The notes beneath the pieces are model-generated. The model saw only the letters and a list, made by a program, of their open reading frames with translations. It had not been told where the DNA came from and made no database searches. 64,000 bases of DNA from Camelus ferus (lineage: Eukaryota). Position 1 is the stretch's first letter; each line of letters begins with the position of its first letter. The position numbers and the translations under genes were made by a program. Where the stretch lies: positions 56,670,001 through 56,734,000 of the forward strand of contig NC_045696.1 in NCBI RefSeq assembly GCF_009834535.1, written 5' to 3'. This document shows positions 40,613-52,722 of this stretch, in pieces.

Positions 40613-42426
40613 GAGTCTGTTCTAACATGAGTGGATGTATGTTGCTCTAAGTGGGGTTCGAACTCCCTTTTCTCTAACTTAAACATCCCCGCAAGAAGGT
40701 CATTTTCTTCCTGTAGTTGTTCTTAATAAATGTACTTAATTTTAGCCCACGATAATGAAATTGCCACCTCATTCAGTGAGTGAAATGCCACCATCTGAGC
40801 ACATGTCTTTAAGAGCTATAAGAAGGATATAAGTGGGTGGAGGATAAGCCCTCCAGCATTCTTGGCAGCCTGGAGAAGGATGAGCTTGATGGAACACACC
40901 TGGATGTGTGAGCACTGATCAGGGGCAACAGCTGCCCATATTTGGAAGGAATATTAAATGTGAAATGTTATGACCTAGAAAGCAATGGAAGTGAAATTAC
41001 TCTTTTTGCCTCCAGACACAGTATTTTTTTTATATTTGAAAATCCATCAGCACTAAAAACAGCGAGTCACATTCCACACAGATTGGTTAACAGCCGCGAC
41101 ATGCAGTTTGGAATGATTTCTTTGGGGAAATGGCAGAGACTATCCAGCATTCTGACTCTCCACTGAATACAATTTTCTTCCCTCTAAATGAACCCCATGC
41201 TCACCATCAAGAGGACTAAATTTGAACTGCTGAGAAATGGTAATGTCCCCAAATTATCTTCAGTTCTGTGGAATGGAATTTTAGACCAATCTGTGACTGA
41301 AGCTACTGAGTATCACAGTGCCTTCTCTTTGCTCAACTGCAGCATTGTCTCTCTCTGCAAAGGGAGGCAGGAAGGTCTGAGTGCTGAGCAAGATGGCTGA
41401 GCTTTCTAGCAGGACTGGGTGGGTTTACTCATTAACCTTCTCTGTTCTTTGCAACTGCTGACCTTAGAACAGAGTCCAGGTTTATTTGTATGTTGGGAGC
41501 CAAGGAAAAGAAACTTCCTATATGTAGCTTTAGAGCATTTGCTTCAGACTGCTTTAAAAAATAGAAAAGAAAGTTGAAAGAACAGCTGGTGGTTTGGAAG
41601 GGAGCCACCCAGCTCAGAGAGAGGTGTGAGTTCTGAATCGGTTTCACAATCTTAGCTGCATGCATTGGCTGAAGACGAGGGTGGAAACTGCTGAGTCACT
41701 CCCAAAACAAGTTGGTTTTCCTAATCCCCTGAGAGAAAAATTACAGATGAGTTTATTAGAGCTTTCAAATATCACATGCCTTACTGCTGGAGGGATCAGA
41801 ATCAAGGAAGCCGCATTCTGTACTGCTTTCCCAAGGCTTTGGGATCAAGGACAATATCTGAACTCTGCTTCTATTAGCTGTGATAATCCAAGCTTTCCAC
41901 TCCAGCTGGTTCAGTGACTCTACAAATATACCATATACCAAAAAATAAATAAAATCTAACATTAGGCAAGTGTGTTTCTATGTTTTCTTCAATCCAGATT
42001 TCAGAATAATTTGATCCAACATAAAAAAAAAATATGATTTTGTTTCCTTCCAAGAGAATTATGGGCCTCCTTTCTAAATGACAGAGCAAGTTACTGAGTT
42101 CCATGTAACTTCAGCACCATCAGTTCTTTGGCAGCTCCCTGATATACAGCTTTCTAATTCTCACCTGGTCCCCAGGACATGATTTATTTGTCAGAGTAGT
42201 TTTATGAGGTGCCTTCTCCTGACTGATTCTGGGTAACACCCTGATGGGATGAGCAGATGGTGAACCTCACTTCCTTTTACTGGGCATTAGGGAAAGAGAG
42301 ACAAGTCAGAGTAGAGATGGAACTATAGCTACCTTTTTTTTTGCCCCCTGTGGAAGGAGTCCAGGATTTCTAGTGAACCTTGTTGGGATCACAGAATATA
42401 GACTGTTAGGGGAACTTGCAGATTAC

Positions 42427-42943
42427 TGCGAGTGGGCTGAATTGCTGTCAGCTCAATAATGACTGTCAAAGATGTCTATGTCTTAATCCCTGGAATTTGT
42501 ATCACTTTGTATAGGTAGCTCTTATAAGAGACTTCATAGATGTGATTAAGTGAAGGATCTTGAGATTGGAAGATGTCCTGGATTATTTGGGTTGTACCCT
42601 AAATATTCATAAGTATCCTTAAAAGAGGGAGGTAGAGGAAGATTTGACTACAGAAGAGGAAAAGGTGATGTGAGGATGGAAGCAGAGATCAGAGTGATGC
42701 ACTTTGAAGACAGAGAAAGGGGCCTCAAGTCAAGAAATGCAGGCAACTTCTAGAAACTGGAAGGGCAGGGAAACAGATTCTCTCCTTGCATCTTCGAAAG
42801 GAACCAGCCAACACCTTGCCTTTAAGCCCAGTGAAACTGAGTTCAGACTTCTGACCTCTAGAACTGTAAGCCGAATACATTTGGTTGTTTTAAGCCACTA
42901 AATTTGTGGTAATTCGTTAGAACAGAAACAGGAAACTAATACA
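42427..42943 (+). mobile_element. MLT1 (MaLR) solo LTR
   Basis: gatgtgattaag...ggatcttgagat...ttttaagccactaaatttgtggtaat...aactaataca. Confidence 0.85.
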
Positions 42944-44985
42944 ATAATTATGCAGACCAGGGGTCCCAACTCTGGCTAATCATTAGAATCATGGCTAAAA
43001 CTTGTTAAATACAGACCCAGACCTAGTGAATCAAAATCAAAATATTTGGTGATGGGGCTCAAAGCCTGCCTGTTAAACAGTTCTTTTAGAAATAAGGAAA
43101 TCAAGACTTGCAGAAGTGAAGCAACCTAAGAATGTAGAATTTAATTTTGTTATGTCATCTTTTGAATTTTCTTCCCCCGGTTGTGCTGCTTTTATGTAAA
43201 TGTGATTTCATTTGAGGCTTTGTGTTGACATATGCATTAAAATGAAGAAATAAAAGCAGAGGAAAAATATTTTTTTAACTTATGATGTGTATTGATTAGA
43301 ATGATGCAATCTGGCTTTCTGTGTTTGAATTTCTGATCTCTAGAGCTAACCTTTCCTTGTGGAGATAAGATAGCAGGCTGGGAAGAATGCCTTTGAAACT
43401 GAGAACAAAGACCAGCATGCAATTTACATTGGTGTGCTGGCGCTGTGCATAATAAGTTGCTTAAAAATTTCAGCAGGATAGGATTTTAGAGATAATTTAT
43501 TTATAAATGGTAAGGATGTTTCCAACCCCTGTTGAGCTTCCCCATAGGATTTTCATCAGGAAATGAAGTTTTTATGCACTCCCCCTCTTAAGACTTCAAC
43601 TACCACTGTTGATATGACTTTCCAGATCTATTCTCCTAGCCCTTCCCTCCCCTGAGATCCTGATCCATACATCTGACCACATTCTGGGATTCTCTTCTTG
43701 GCTGTCCCTGAAGGAACTCAAGTTTAGCTGAACTGCTCTTGTACCCCAGGGCATTCAGGGCTTTCTGTGTGTACTGGGGATTTGCACTCGCCATTTCCCC
43801 TAGCCCCTTTCTCTTTTCACTTAGTCAATTTCCACTTCTCTCTTAAGACCCAGTTTAGGAACAGCCTCCTTCAAGAAGTTTCTCTTGACTCAGTTCCTTT
43901 TCTATGTTAATCTGTGGCATTGTTTACTAGCACATAATATTTGCTGAATGAAAGAATGAGAATTCTTTCTCAGTCCTTCTAACTCTCCATCAGGCTTAAA
44001 GAAGCAAACTCTTTTACTTCAGCGTTGAGTGGTTTTAGGATCCCTATTAATTAGGGAGATATTTGATTTTTAAACTCAGCATCAGTTGAAGGGCATTCAG
44101 GATGTGCTCAAACCCTGGAAAAAGTTTGGAATCTGGCATACTTCATTTGAGTAAAGGTTCTGGGCAGTTCTCAGTTTCACTCAGTGCGTATGTTGGGCTG
44201 ATGCAAGCCTGGGGTGGACACAAGTCATGGTTTCAGATACTGGGGACATCCTCCCTTTCTTTGGCCTTAAGGCACTTAGCCTTGTAGATGCCACTAAGGC
44301 TCCTTTTGGAGCCTAGGTATGGATTCAGACAAACCCAATTTCTAATCCAGTCTCTATCACCTATCAGCAGTGGCCTTGGGCAAGTCACTTAATCTCTCTG
44401 AACTTTACTTTCCTTAATTGTAAAATAGAAACAAGAGTGGCTACAACCCAGATTTAAAGATTATGAGTTAATTCATTAATAGCACATAACCCACACGTAT
44501 TTTTCAATTGCACATTAAATAATAAAAAGGAATGATTTCTTAGAGGAAGTACTAGGGCTTCTACTGGCCAAGGGCTAATTGTAAGCCTCAATAACGGAAT
44601 AGATTAAATAGGTTTAACTGGTCAGCTGGAGTCCGTCAGGAAGCTGCAGCAACAGGAAGGTGTTGGAGAGTAGGGGCTGGCAAGCAGACACAGTGAGAAA
44701 TGTGTCCAAGTGTGTCTGTGGAGGGGAGCCCTTATGATGTCTACAGATTCCCAAGATAATAATTGAAATGAACCAGGCAAGAGATGGACAATTAGAGCAT
44801 CATCTCTTTTCTTTATCACCCCCTAGCCCCAGCCATGCCTACCGACACACAGTGGTGAAGCCTCTGAATACAGTAGCTTTGACTAGGGTCTAAGTCCTTT
44901 CTAACTCTGACATTCTGGAATTCTCAGACGCATCCTTGAGTTCTGGCTGAAGAAGCCACAGCAAACTTGCCAGATAGTTTCTTAC

Positions 44986-45000
44986 CTTCAGCTCGGCCAT
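44986..45000 (-). CDS. HGD: HGD exon 1 coding part (MAELK)
   Basis: Minus strand: gcagaaggaaaATG GCC GAG CTG AAG|gtaaga. Confidence 0.95.
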
Positions 45001-45099
45001 TTTCCTTCTGCTGCAGGTGTGACAATTTCAGGAAACCCAGGCCCAGAGAGGGTAGGAAGCCAAAAATGCTCCTGTTTCTTCTGCAAACCACCTTCTGGA

Positions 45100-45330
45100 T
45101 GTTACTACGCCACTGCTTCACTGTGCTCACTGGTCAACAGGTCAAGCAAACTACTCACAAACATTTCCTAACTGCTGCACTAGGGAGAAAGTCCAGCATG
45201 CTTATTTCCAAACTGCTTACACAATTGCCTTTGGTTTTTATTAAACCCAGTCTGTTTCTGGCAGAGTTTGCATGGGCCTGTCTCTTCACCTGAGGTAAAG
45301 GTTGACCAATTCCTTGTTTCAGTTAAAATA
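45100..45330 (-). promoter_or_regulatory. Probable HGD proximal promoter with HNF4-like and C/EBP-like motifs
   Basis: GGGAGAAAGTCCA (45183-45195) resembles the HNF4 DR1 GGGTCAAAGTCCA; TTACACAAT (45217-45225) fits C/EBP TTRCNNAA; no CpG island. TSS not determinable. Confidence 0.5.
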
Positions 45331-46059
45331 AGCAGGCTTATTACTAAAGGCAGGGGATTTAAAGCTCTCTACGAAAGGAACTGTAGTAGTTAGTACCTGC
45401 TGTGTGTGGCAAAGGCTTTTCCACTCAGTTCGGGCTCAGGTGGGAAGGAACAGGCAGACTGTTCACTATCTGTGGAGGTGAGAAAATGATCTGTGCTCGG
45501 ACACAGGTGTTTACACGTAGCTGCCTGAACCAGGGATGGGGTCTAGACAGCTCTCCACAGGTGCTCCAAGAGATGAGCTGGGTGAACCATTCAGAGCCTG
45601 AAGCACTTCACTTAAAGCAAACTGAGATGTCTATTAGTGCTTCTCTTACTTTCTTATTTAGTGCTCTTATAAATTCTTTAAGAATCTTATTTCCTAATGC
45701 CTGTATCCCTCTAAAAACAGACCAAGCAAGGATTACTTTCCAGCCACCTTTTCCATGACTCCCTTGTCCTTCATCTTGGCTACTCTCCTTAGCCATGGTC
45801 AGGTATCAACTTCATGGCTAATGGCATTCAGGAAGGAAGAAACAATATATCGAGTGCCTGTTTGTGCCAGGTTTTCCCACAGACATTACCTCATTTAATT
45901 TCACAAAAACAGTCTTGTAAACTAGGCTTTATTATCACAAACTCAAGTGCAGCAGTCTGGGCATGAAATGTAAATGGGTAAAGTTGGCTGGGTGATTTTT
46001 TAAGACTTCTATATAAAGCGCCAATTTCTAAACATTGGCAACTTAAGTGAATGAATGAA

Positions 46060-46533
46060 CGAATTGCAAAAAATGCCCACAAATTCGTTTCATCCTTGTA
46101 TGCATACCCCTTTACAATGTGACTTGGCTGTTCCTCTCAATATGAGATGGAGTCTTTTACTTACCTTTGAATCTTACTTTGGGTAATAGCAAACACAAGT
46201 AGAGGTTTGAAAAAATGTTTGTGCCTTATGATTTGCCCATTTCTTGCTACTTGAGACCACTATGTAAAGAAGTCAGGCTAGCCTCCTTGAAAATGAGATG
46301 CTACACGGACAGAGACATCCAGGCACGCAACAGCCCAGCACTAGCTGCCAGATGTGTGATGAGGCAATCTGCCTGCCAGATGACTGCAGACGGGCAAGCG
46401 ACCCAATGTGAGACCAGCAGGAGAACGACCAGCCAAATTTCTGACCCAAAGGATTGTGAGCTAATAGAATGACCTATTTTATGCCACTAAGTTTTGGGGT
46501 GTATTTGTTAAGCAACAATTGATAACTGATACA
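46060..46533 (+). mobile_element. Old MLT1 LTR between RABL3 and HGD
   Basis: Ends gccactaagttttgggg...gataactgataca. Confidence 0.7.
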
Positions 46534-48601
46534 ATTATGTCAAAAAACATGCATGCAGGTATGAAATGACTATGGGTTGCCAGTTTGACCCCTTCTGCTT
46601 TAGATATATTTTTATTAGCCAAAACTAATTTTTATGAGCAGGTCTCAGGAAGTCTTAGGAAAAATTATGCTCCAAAAGATTCTTTATGAAGAACTCTGGC
46701 TAATAACATTCATTTTGGCAAACAACTTTATTTTGCTATTAATAAGTGCAACAAACTTACCTTAGGTTATTAAAAATTATTTTTTCTTAGAAAACGGTAA
46801 TTCAGGAGTCAAGCCTGACAGCAAGAGGAAATGAAGTTGAGTGCTGTTAATTTTTCAAGGTTGACCCTGAAACCATCAGTGATAGGTTACTTCTATTTTA
46901 TTTTTTAATAAGGGAGAAAATAAAGAAATTGGGCTAGATCTTTTTTTTTTTTTTTTAATTAAGGGAAAGAAAGAGGAAGAAAGGGGAGGGAAGAAAAGGG
47001 TTCTTGATTTATTTTTTTAAAAGAGGAATACAAAGAGCTTCAGCTGGTTTAGGTCTCTGTGTATGCATTTGGTTTCTACTTCCTAACTGCACAGGCTCTG
47101 TCACAACATACTTGTGCCAAATTCCACATACAGATCCTGATTTGCATAGCTCTCCTTTATGTCAAAAAAGAAATCAGGGCTAACTCTTGTGGGGGAGGAT
47201 GTGAAGAAAGACTGGAGAACATTCTAGCTGATGAAAAGTACTTTAAAATCCCTTTCCAAATTCCCAGGGCTGCCTTTCTAAAAGCACTCTTGAACATTGT
47301 TATTTTAATATCCTCTTTCAGCATACCTTGATTTGCAGAGTATGGAACAGAAAGAATTTAAGAAATTAAGGTGAGAAGCTGAAACTGTGTATTTGTTATT
47401 ATTATATTTTAATATGGTGCAAAATCAGGAGTGCAGAGACCTGCAGCACAACCAGAGAGAGAACATGTGTGAAAAGGTGTTGAATAAGGCAGCAAACTAC
47501 AGTTTTTGTAAAACAAGTTTATATATTAACAAAGAACCGGGGCAAAGGGAATTATACAAGCAAAAAAGAGGGGTAAAAAATGTAACAATGAACAATTATG
47601 CATATACACCCCCCCGAAACTTTGGATTGTGAAATCCAAGAATCCTAGTCCATAATTCATGTAAATGTGTTGCTGCGGAACTTATTTTTACTTCTCTCCA
47701 TAAATTCATTGTTGACACAAAGAATAACATTCTTAGGTTATGGACTACAGTTAAGGGACGTTTTGGGAGTGGACTTTTTCTTCAAAAAATAAAAATAAAA
47801 ACTGAAGAGGCTGTAAATCTTACTGCTCTTGTGCAGTTCTTAGATTTCACCCTATTTGCAAACAGGAAACAGTAAGAGGGTGCAGACAGCTGTGACCTAA
47901 AGAGTGAAGGATTTCAGTGAGCTGTCGATTTCTTGCAGAATTCTTCCTTCCTGGGACTGCTGTTCTCTATGTATTATTAATCTATTTATATTTACCTCCA
48001 GCTATTAGTCCCCCTCTTCCAGCCACTGAGACATTTGCAAAGGAGAGGAGAAAGAGGCAAGGGTTGCTGTTGTTAGGCATCCTTGTGTGTGATAAAGGTG
48101 GAGACAATTAAAGAGCAGCATTTTGCTTCTTTGAAAATGACAGAGATTGTTTGGGGTGGACAACTGAGGGCTGGTTAACATAACCTTTCCCCTCATAAAG
48201 GTAAAACAATAGAGATGCAGTTTTGAAGTACTTAATTAAGCCTTCAGCAAGGAGTGTGGGAAAATTACAGACCCATAAAAACCCTCCAGTTCTAGGCAAG
48301 TGTAAATTTTCTCTGCAGCATTCTGTCACTGCTCATTTACTGCATCATTCTGACAACATCTCCTATTTCCATTGCTTTTATATAATCTATAAACAGGAAC
48401 AGAAAGGTGAGGAACAGAGAGAATGGGGACAAAGTTTGGACCTGTCACTTCTTTTTCAGTTTTCCATTAAAGGGTGAGGCTGAAGGGTGGTGTTTTAAGA
48501 TGATTTCATTAAAAGGCTGAGACTTTAATGATCGACACAGCAAGAAGAAAGCTGTGAAAAACTGCCACAGCTTGCTCACTCTTCCGAAGGATGAGTGTAA
48601 T

Positions 48602-48667
48602 TCAGTCATAATGTAAGCTCTTTAATGTTCCTCCCCCAAACCTTTTTCTATCAGGAAAGCCTGGAAT
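48602..48667 (-). CDS. RABL3: RABL3 exon 8 coding part (IPGFPDRKRFGGGTLKSLHYD*)
   Basis: 66 nt, cag| acceptor, TGA at 48602-48604; several downstream AATAAA (47008, 46897, 46727, 46611). Confidence 0.95.
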   Translation of the reverse strand: MPGFPDRKRFGGGTLKSLHYD

Positions 48668-49256
48668 CTGTAAGCAAGAAAGATAACCATGTTAGGACTC
48701 AGGCAGGCACAATTCAAATACTAATAGCCTTGACAACTTTTTCCTTATTTTTTGTTTCTGTATGTTGGCCTGATGTTCTTTAAAGAACTATCTTTTTAAG
48801 GTTTTACTCAGAAAGCCACCACAGATTAAATAATAAAAATAAATCCTACCAAAATGAAAAACATTTGCCAATCAATTGGTGACAGTGTCATCTAAATTGG
48901 AGAGCATGAAGGTGAATCTCATAATCTTCACCTATTGGACTTTTATATGAATCACCTGAATTGTGAGACTTGATCCATATCTCTGGAATCTCAAGCAAAT
49001 TATTTTCTTCTATTACTTCATAAAGTAATCTTATCTCTGGATTCTTTTTGTTTCTTAGACCCTTATTTTAACTTGATCAGATTTTTTATTTTGTACTTAA
49101 CAGGACAAAAGAAAGTCAGTTGCTTGTGCCTACGAAGGACTTCTTCCCCACTTTTTAAAAAACCACTTCAAAAATAATGTGGAAATTAATTTCAAATCAA
49201 TCAAACCTCTCTCCAAAGTTATGACCTCATTTTATCAAGAAAAGATAGGTACAGAC

Positions 49257-49295
49257 CTGATTGCCATCTCTTAAAAAGTATCTCTTCTCTATGAC
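49257..49295 (-). CDS. RABL3: RABL3 exon 7 (VIEKRYFLRDGNQ)
   Basis: 39 nt, cag| acceptor, donor |gtctgt. Confidence 0.93.
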
Positions 49296-52087
49296 CTGTG
49301 AGAAATAAATAAAGATTTTAAGGGCTTAGTATACATACTTTGAAAAAGTTGTTAACTGCAGTGGCCACTAATGGGACTAAAAGGTGTATATCCAAATGAA
49401 GAGTCTTTTCAATAGCTATAGACATCTAGTCCAATGAGTTAAATCTGGTGCTAATGAGATCAAAACTGTGGGAGTATTTCTATAAAAGCCTGCCTCATTC
49501 CAGGAAGCATTAATGATAGATCAAAAAAATAAATGAAACAAAAAAGAGAAAATAACCAGAAAATGGCATGAGATCCCATGCAATTCCTAGTGTATGGCAG
49601 CAAATTTGGCTCAAAGTTTCCTAGCAGTCAGTCCCCAAAGGTACTAAACAGAATCCATAAGATAAAAACAAAGCACTTTTGCTACTCCAGAAGCATAGCT
49701 ACTTCTTAAAGAGGCGTCCGTCTGTGTAATAGTAAACTGCCACATCCCTCTAGTAAACACAGTGTTAAATTCTGTAGGTCTTTAATGGAGACAGAAGACA
49801 CACAGCAAAAGTAGTCAATTAGCTTCTTTTTATGGACTTAATCTGCAGCCTAACTCAGCAGTTTCAGGACTGTCTGTATTTGGTTAGTAGAAGAAACAAG
49901 GTACAGTGGATGTATCCGTACAAATCCATCACCACTACTGAAAAGAGGCCTTCAAAATATATGTCCTAACATAATGAGTTTAAGAGTACCATGTTGTCCC
50001 ACGATGAAAACCATTTTAAAAAATAATGAATTCTGTTCTAACACTTGAGAAACTGCAATAGTGGCAGAGGCAGTATTTTCTTTAAATAGAGCTTTTGTGA
50101 TTAAGAAAAGTTAATCAGATTAGAATACAGATTAGCTGGAGATCAACTCTAAGACATTAGAATCGAGAATTAGGAAGCCAGGAATTTCGTCTTAATAAAG
50201 CAGAGCAGGCCTGCACCAGCTTGCTCTCACTGGCCTGACAGCCACATAACCTGGATTCCTTCTGTCTTTGAGACTATGGCTGGGTTACTTTTATCCAGAG
50301 ACTGAGAATAAGGCTGCATTCACTGACCCCAGAGGTAGAAAAGCTGGTTCATGATTGGTATATACCTAAAACACTTGACCCCACAAAAACCATGCCAGGA
50401 CTGATTCTCTTTCCTCTCTCCAGGGAAGAACGGGAAAATCCTATTATTCTAGAGTGGGGAGGAATTACTATTAGTGAAGGGAGTATGGAAGAGGGCTAGA
50501 TTCTATCTTAGAGAAGAAATCTTTACACTAAATTGTTGAAGATATGATGTAGAGAAAACTGGGTGAAATTTAGCTGCCAAGTGCCTTGACATCAGGCAAC
50601 CACCTCAGTCTGGCCAACCTCTTAATCCACCTACCTTTTGTTGTGATATAGGCAGTGAAGAGATAAGTTACCTTTTCGCTTTTGGTATAATTCCCTGCCC
50701 TCAACATGCAATGTCTTTCTCTTTCCAAATTTTGTTCTCTTCTTAAAATCAACCAAGTCGCCTCTAATTTTTTTTTTTAAATAAAGCCTTGCTTGACAAC
50801 TTGGGTCACACTAGTCTATAATTTACTGTCTCTCAACAATATAGTTTATTTTTTAAATTTTAAAATAATAAATTATCTAAAATTTATACATTGTGAGATC
50901 TTTCTGTGTCAGAAAGGGATCTATCTGTAAGATGTTGCTCTTAAGGGGATTCCGATGGTGGCCATGGATCTGAACCAAATGTAAACTCTCTTTAAGTTGG
51001 AAAACAATGTGGAGAGAATACCTGTTTCCCTGCAGTGATTCCTACCATTTTTCACGTCATGGCACATTTAGAAAATGCTAATATTTGTAGGGTAAGTGGA
51101 CGAGCCAGCCCAGGGGGCTCTGGCTGCTCTGAGAACTGAGGGGCTCGCCGTCTCAGCACACCTGTACTTTTTTTGCCACACTCTAGTTGGGAAATTCTGC
51201 AATAAAGCAAAAATTTCCCAGTGGTCTAATATTAAACAGGGATGGGGTGTGGGGCTTATCTTATGCTGAGCTGTTGGACAAAAGAGCCAAATATTAGATC
51301 TCTAAGTAGCTAAAAGAAAAATGATCATAAAGAAGTTATGAGAAGGGAAATTTTTTTTCTTGGGAGATAACTTGTAAAAGGAAATATAATATAGAAATTA
51401 ATCTTTTTCAATACTAATAGAGGAATATAACCTATTTTACGTTACTATGCGATGTCAACATTGGGCAAACAGTTTAAACTTGGTCAGCACTATGTGCGAT
51501 GCAGCTGTGTAGCCTTGTGAAGGAAAGACAAACAGTGCTCCGGTTAACCAGTCTGCTGAGTCATTCTACATTTTCATTCTAGCTCGGGACAATAATATGA
51601 TACTGGTAAGAGTCAATAATTGGAATGCAAAGATTTCTGACTGGGAAACAAGAAGATGACATAACCTTAAAAGTAATAGTAATGTTGATGTGGAGAGTAT
51701 TAATAGCCAGGAGAGCAAAAAGAACTCTGGGCTTTAAGCACAATCTCCTCAGTTTAGTGCCTTTTGTGGGGGTTCAGGGATGGTGAATAAGTACAAAAAG
51801 ACCCAGAAAATATGGAAACATATATTGTCTTAAGGAGGGGAATTAGGTATTTAAAAAACTCTATCTGAATCCAGTAGCTTCCATCCTTTGCTCAGAGAAC
51901 ACTGATGACAGAATAAACATGTCAGCAAGCCTTGAGCAATTATACCAACAGATAAGAGATCAAAACAAGTATTATTCAGGCTGTGAAGTTTAGAACGGAG
52001 GAATAAAAGGACAAAGCATTCTAGAAAGAATTTAAACTCCCATAATATATAAATTAAGTTTAAAAATAACTTAATTGAAGACATTAC

Positions 52088-52159
52088 CTTATCAAAAAAC
52101 CTACTGAGCTTGACAGCATTGGAAGAACCTGCAGCTAAGTACCGTGGATTTGTGCAGTC
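52088..52159 (-). CDS. RABL3: RABL3 exon 6 ([24 protein letters not shown])
   Basis: 72 nt, AG/GT boundaries. Confidence 0.96.
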
Positions 52160-52586
52160 CTAGAAGATAAAACATAAGATCAACAATGAAACGTTAGGAA
52201 ACACAAGCTCCTTGTTAGTCATTACTGTTCCTCTTGCACATTTCTATAGTAAATTATCAGGCATAATACTCTCATAAAATATTCAAGTAATTTTCAAATT
52301 ATGATGCACAGAGCAAAGCAGAAAGTGCTAAAGGAAGATAAGGCCACTTTTTGTTATTTATGCAATTTTAGAGGACAATGAACCAATGTATTCATCATCA
52401 AATAATTCATAAAGGAAGACAGGATTGCTAATGTCTTACTAATAACAAAACCAAGATACTAACTAGGTGACCTACCTACATTTAGGTTGAAAAGCAGAAA
52501 TAGAGCCATTAAAAAATAGACAACACTTCACTTTTTGTACTAGTTACTCACCAGTGCTCAACTCATTTAAGTACAATGCAGTTCTT

Positions 52587-52722
52587 TTTTTTTTTAATTA
52601 AAAAATTTTTTATTCAATTTTTTTTGGTGCAGGGGGTAATTTTTATTTATTTATTTTAATGGAGGCACTGGGGATTGAGTGCATAGGCATGCACTCTACC
52701 ACTGAGCTATACCCTCCCCAGC
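52587..52722 (-). mobile_element. tRNA-derived SINE (camelid Vic-1-like), internally deleted
   Basis: Head ggggagggtatagctcagtggtagag on minus strand; 19-bp TSD taagtacaatgcagttctt (52568-52586 / 52723-52741); the ggtcctgggtt B-box segment of the other copies is missing. Confidence 0.85.

Noticed and set aside
44297..44314. Hairpin GGCTCC-TTTT-GGAGCC resembling a histone 3' stem-loop
   Set aside because: Top pair is C-G rather than the conserved U-A, flanks lack CCAAA/ACCCA, and no histone ORF is adjacent.
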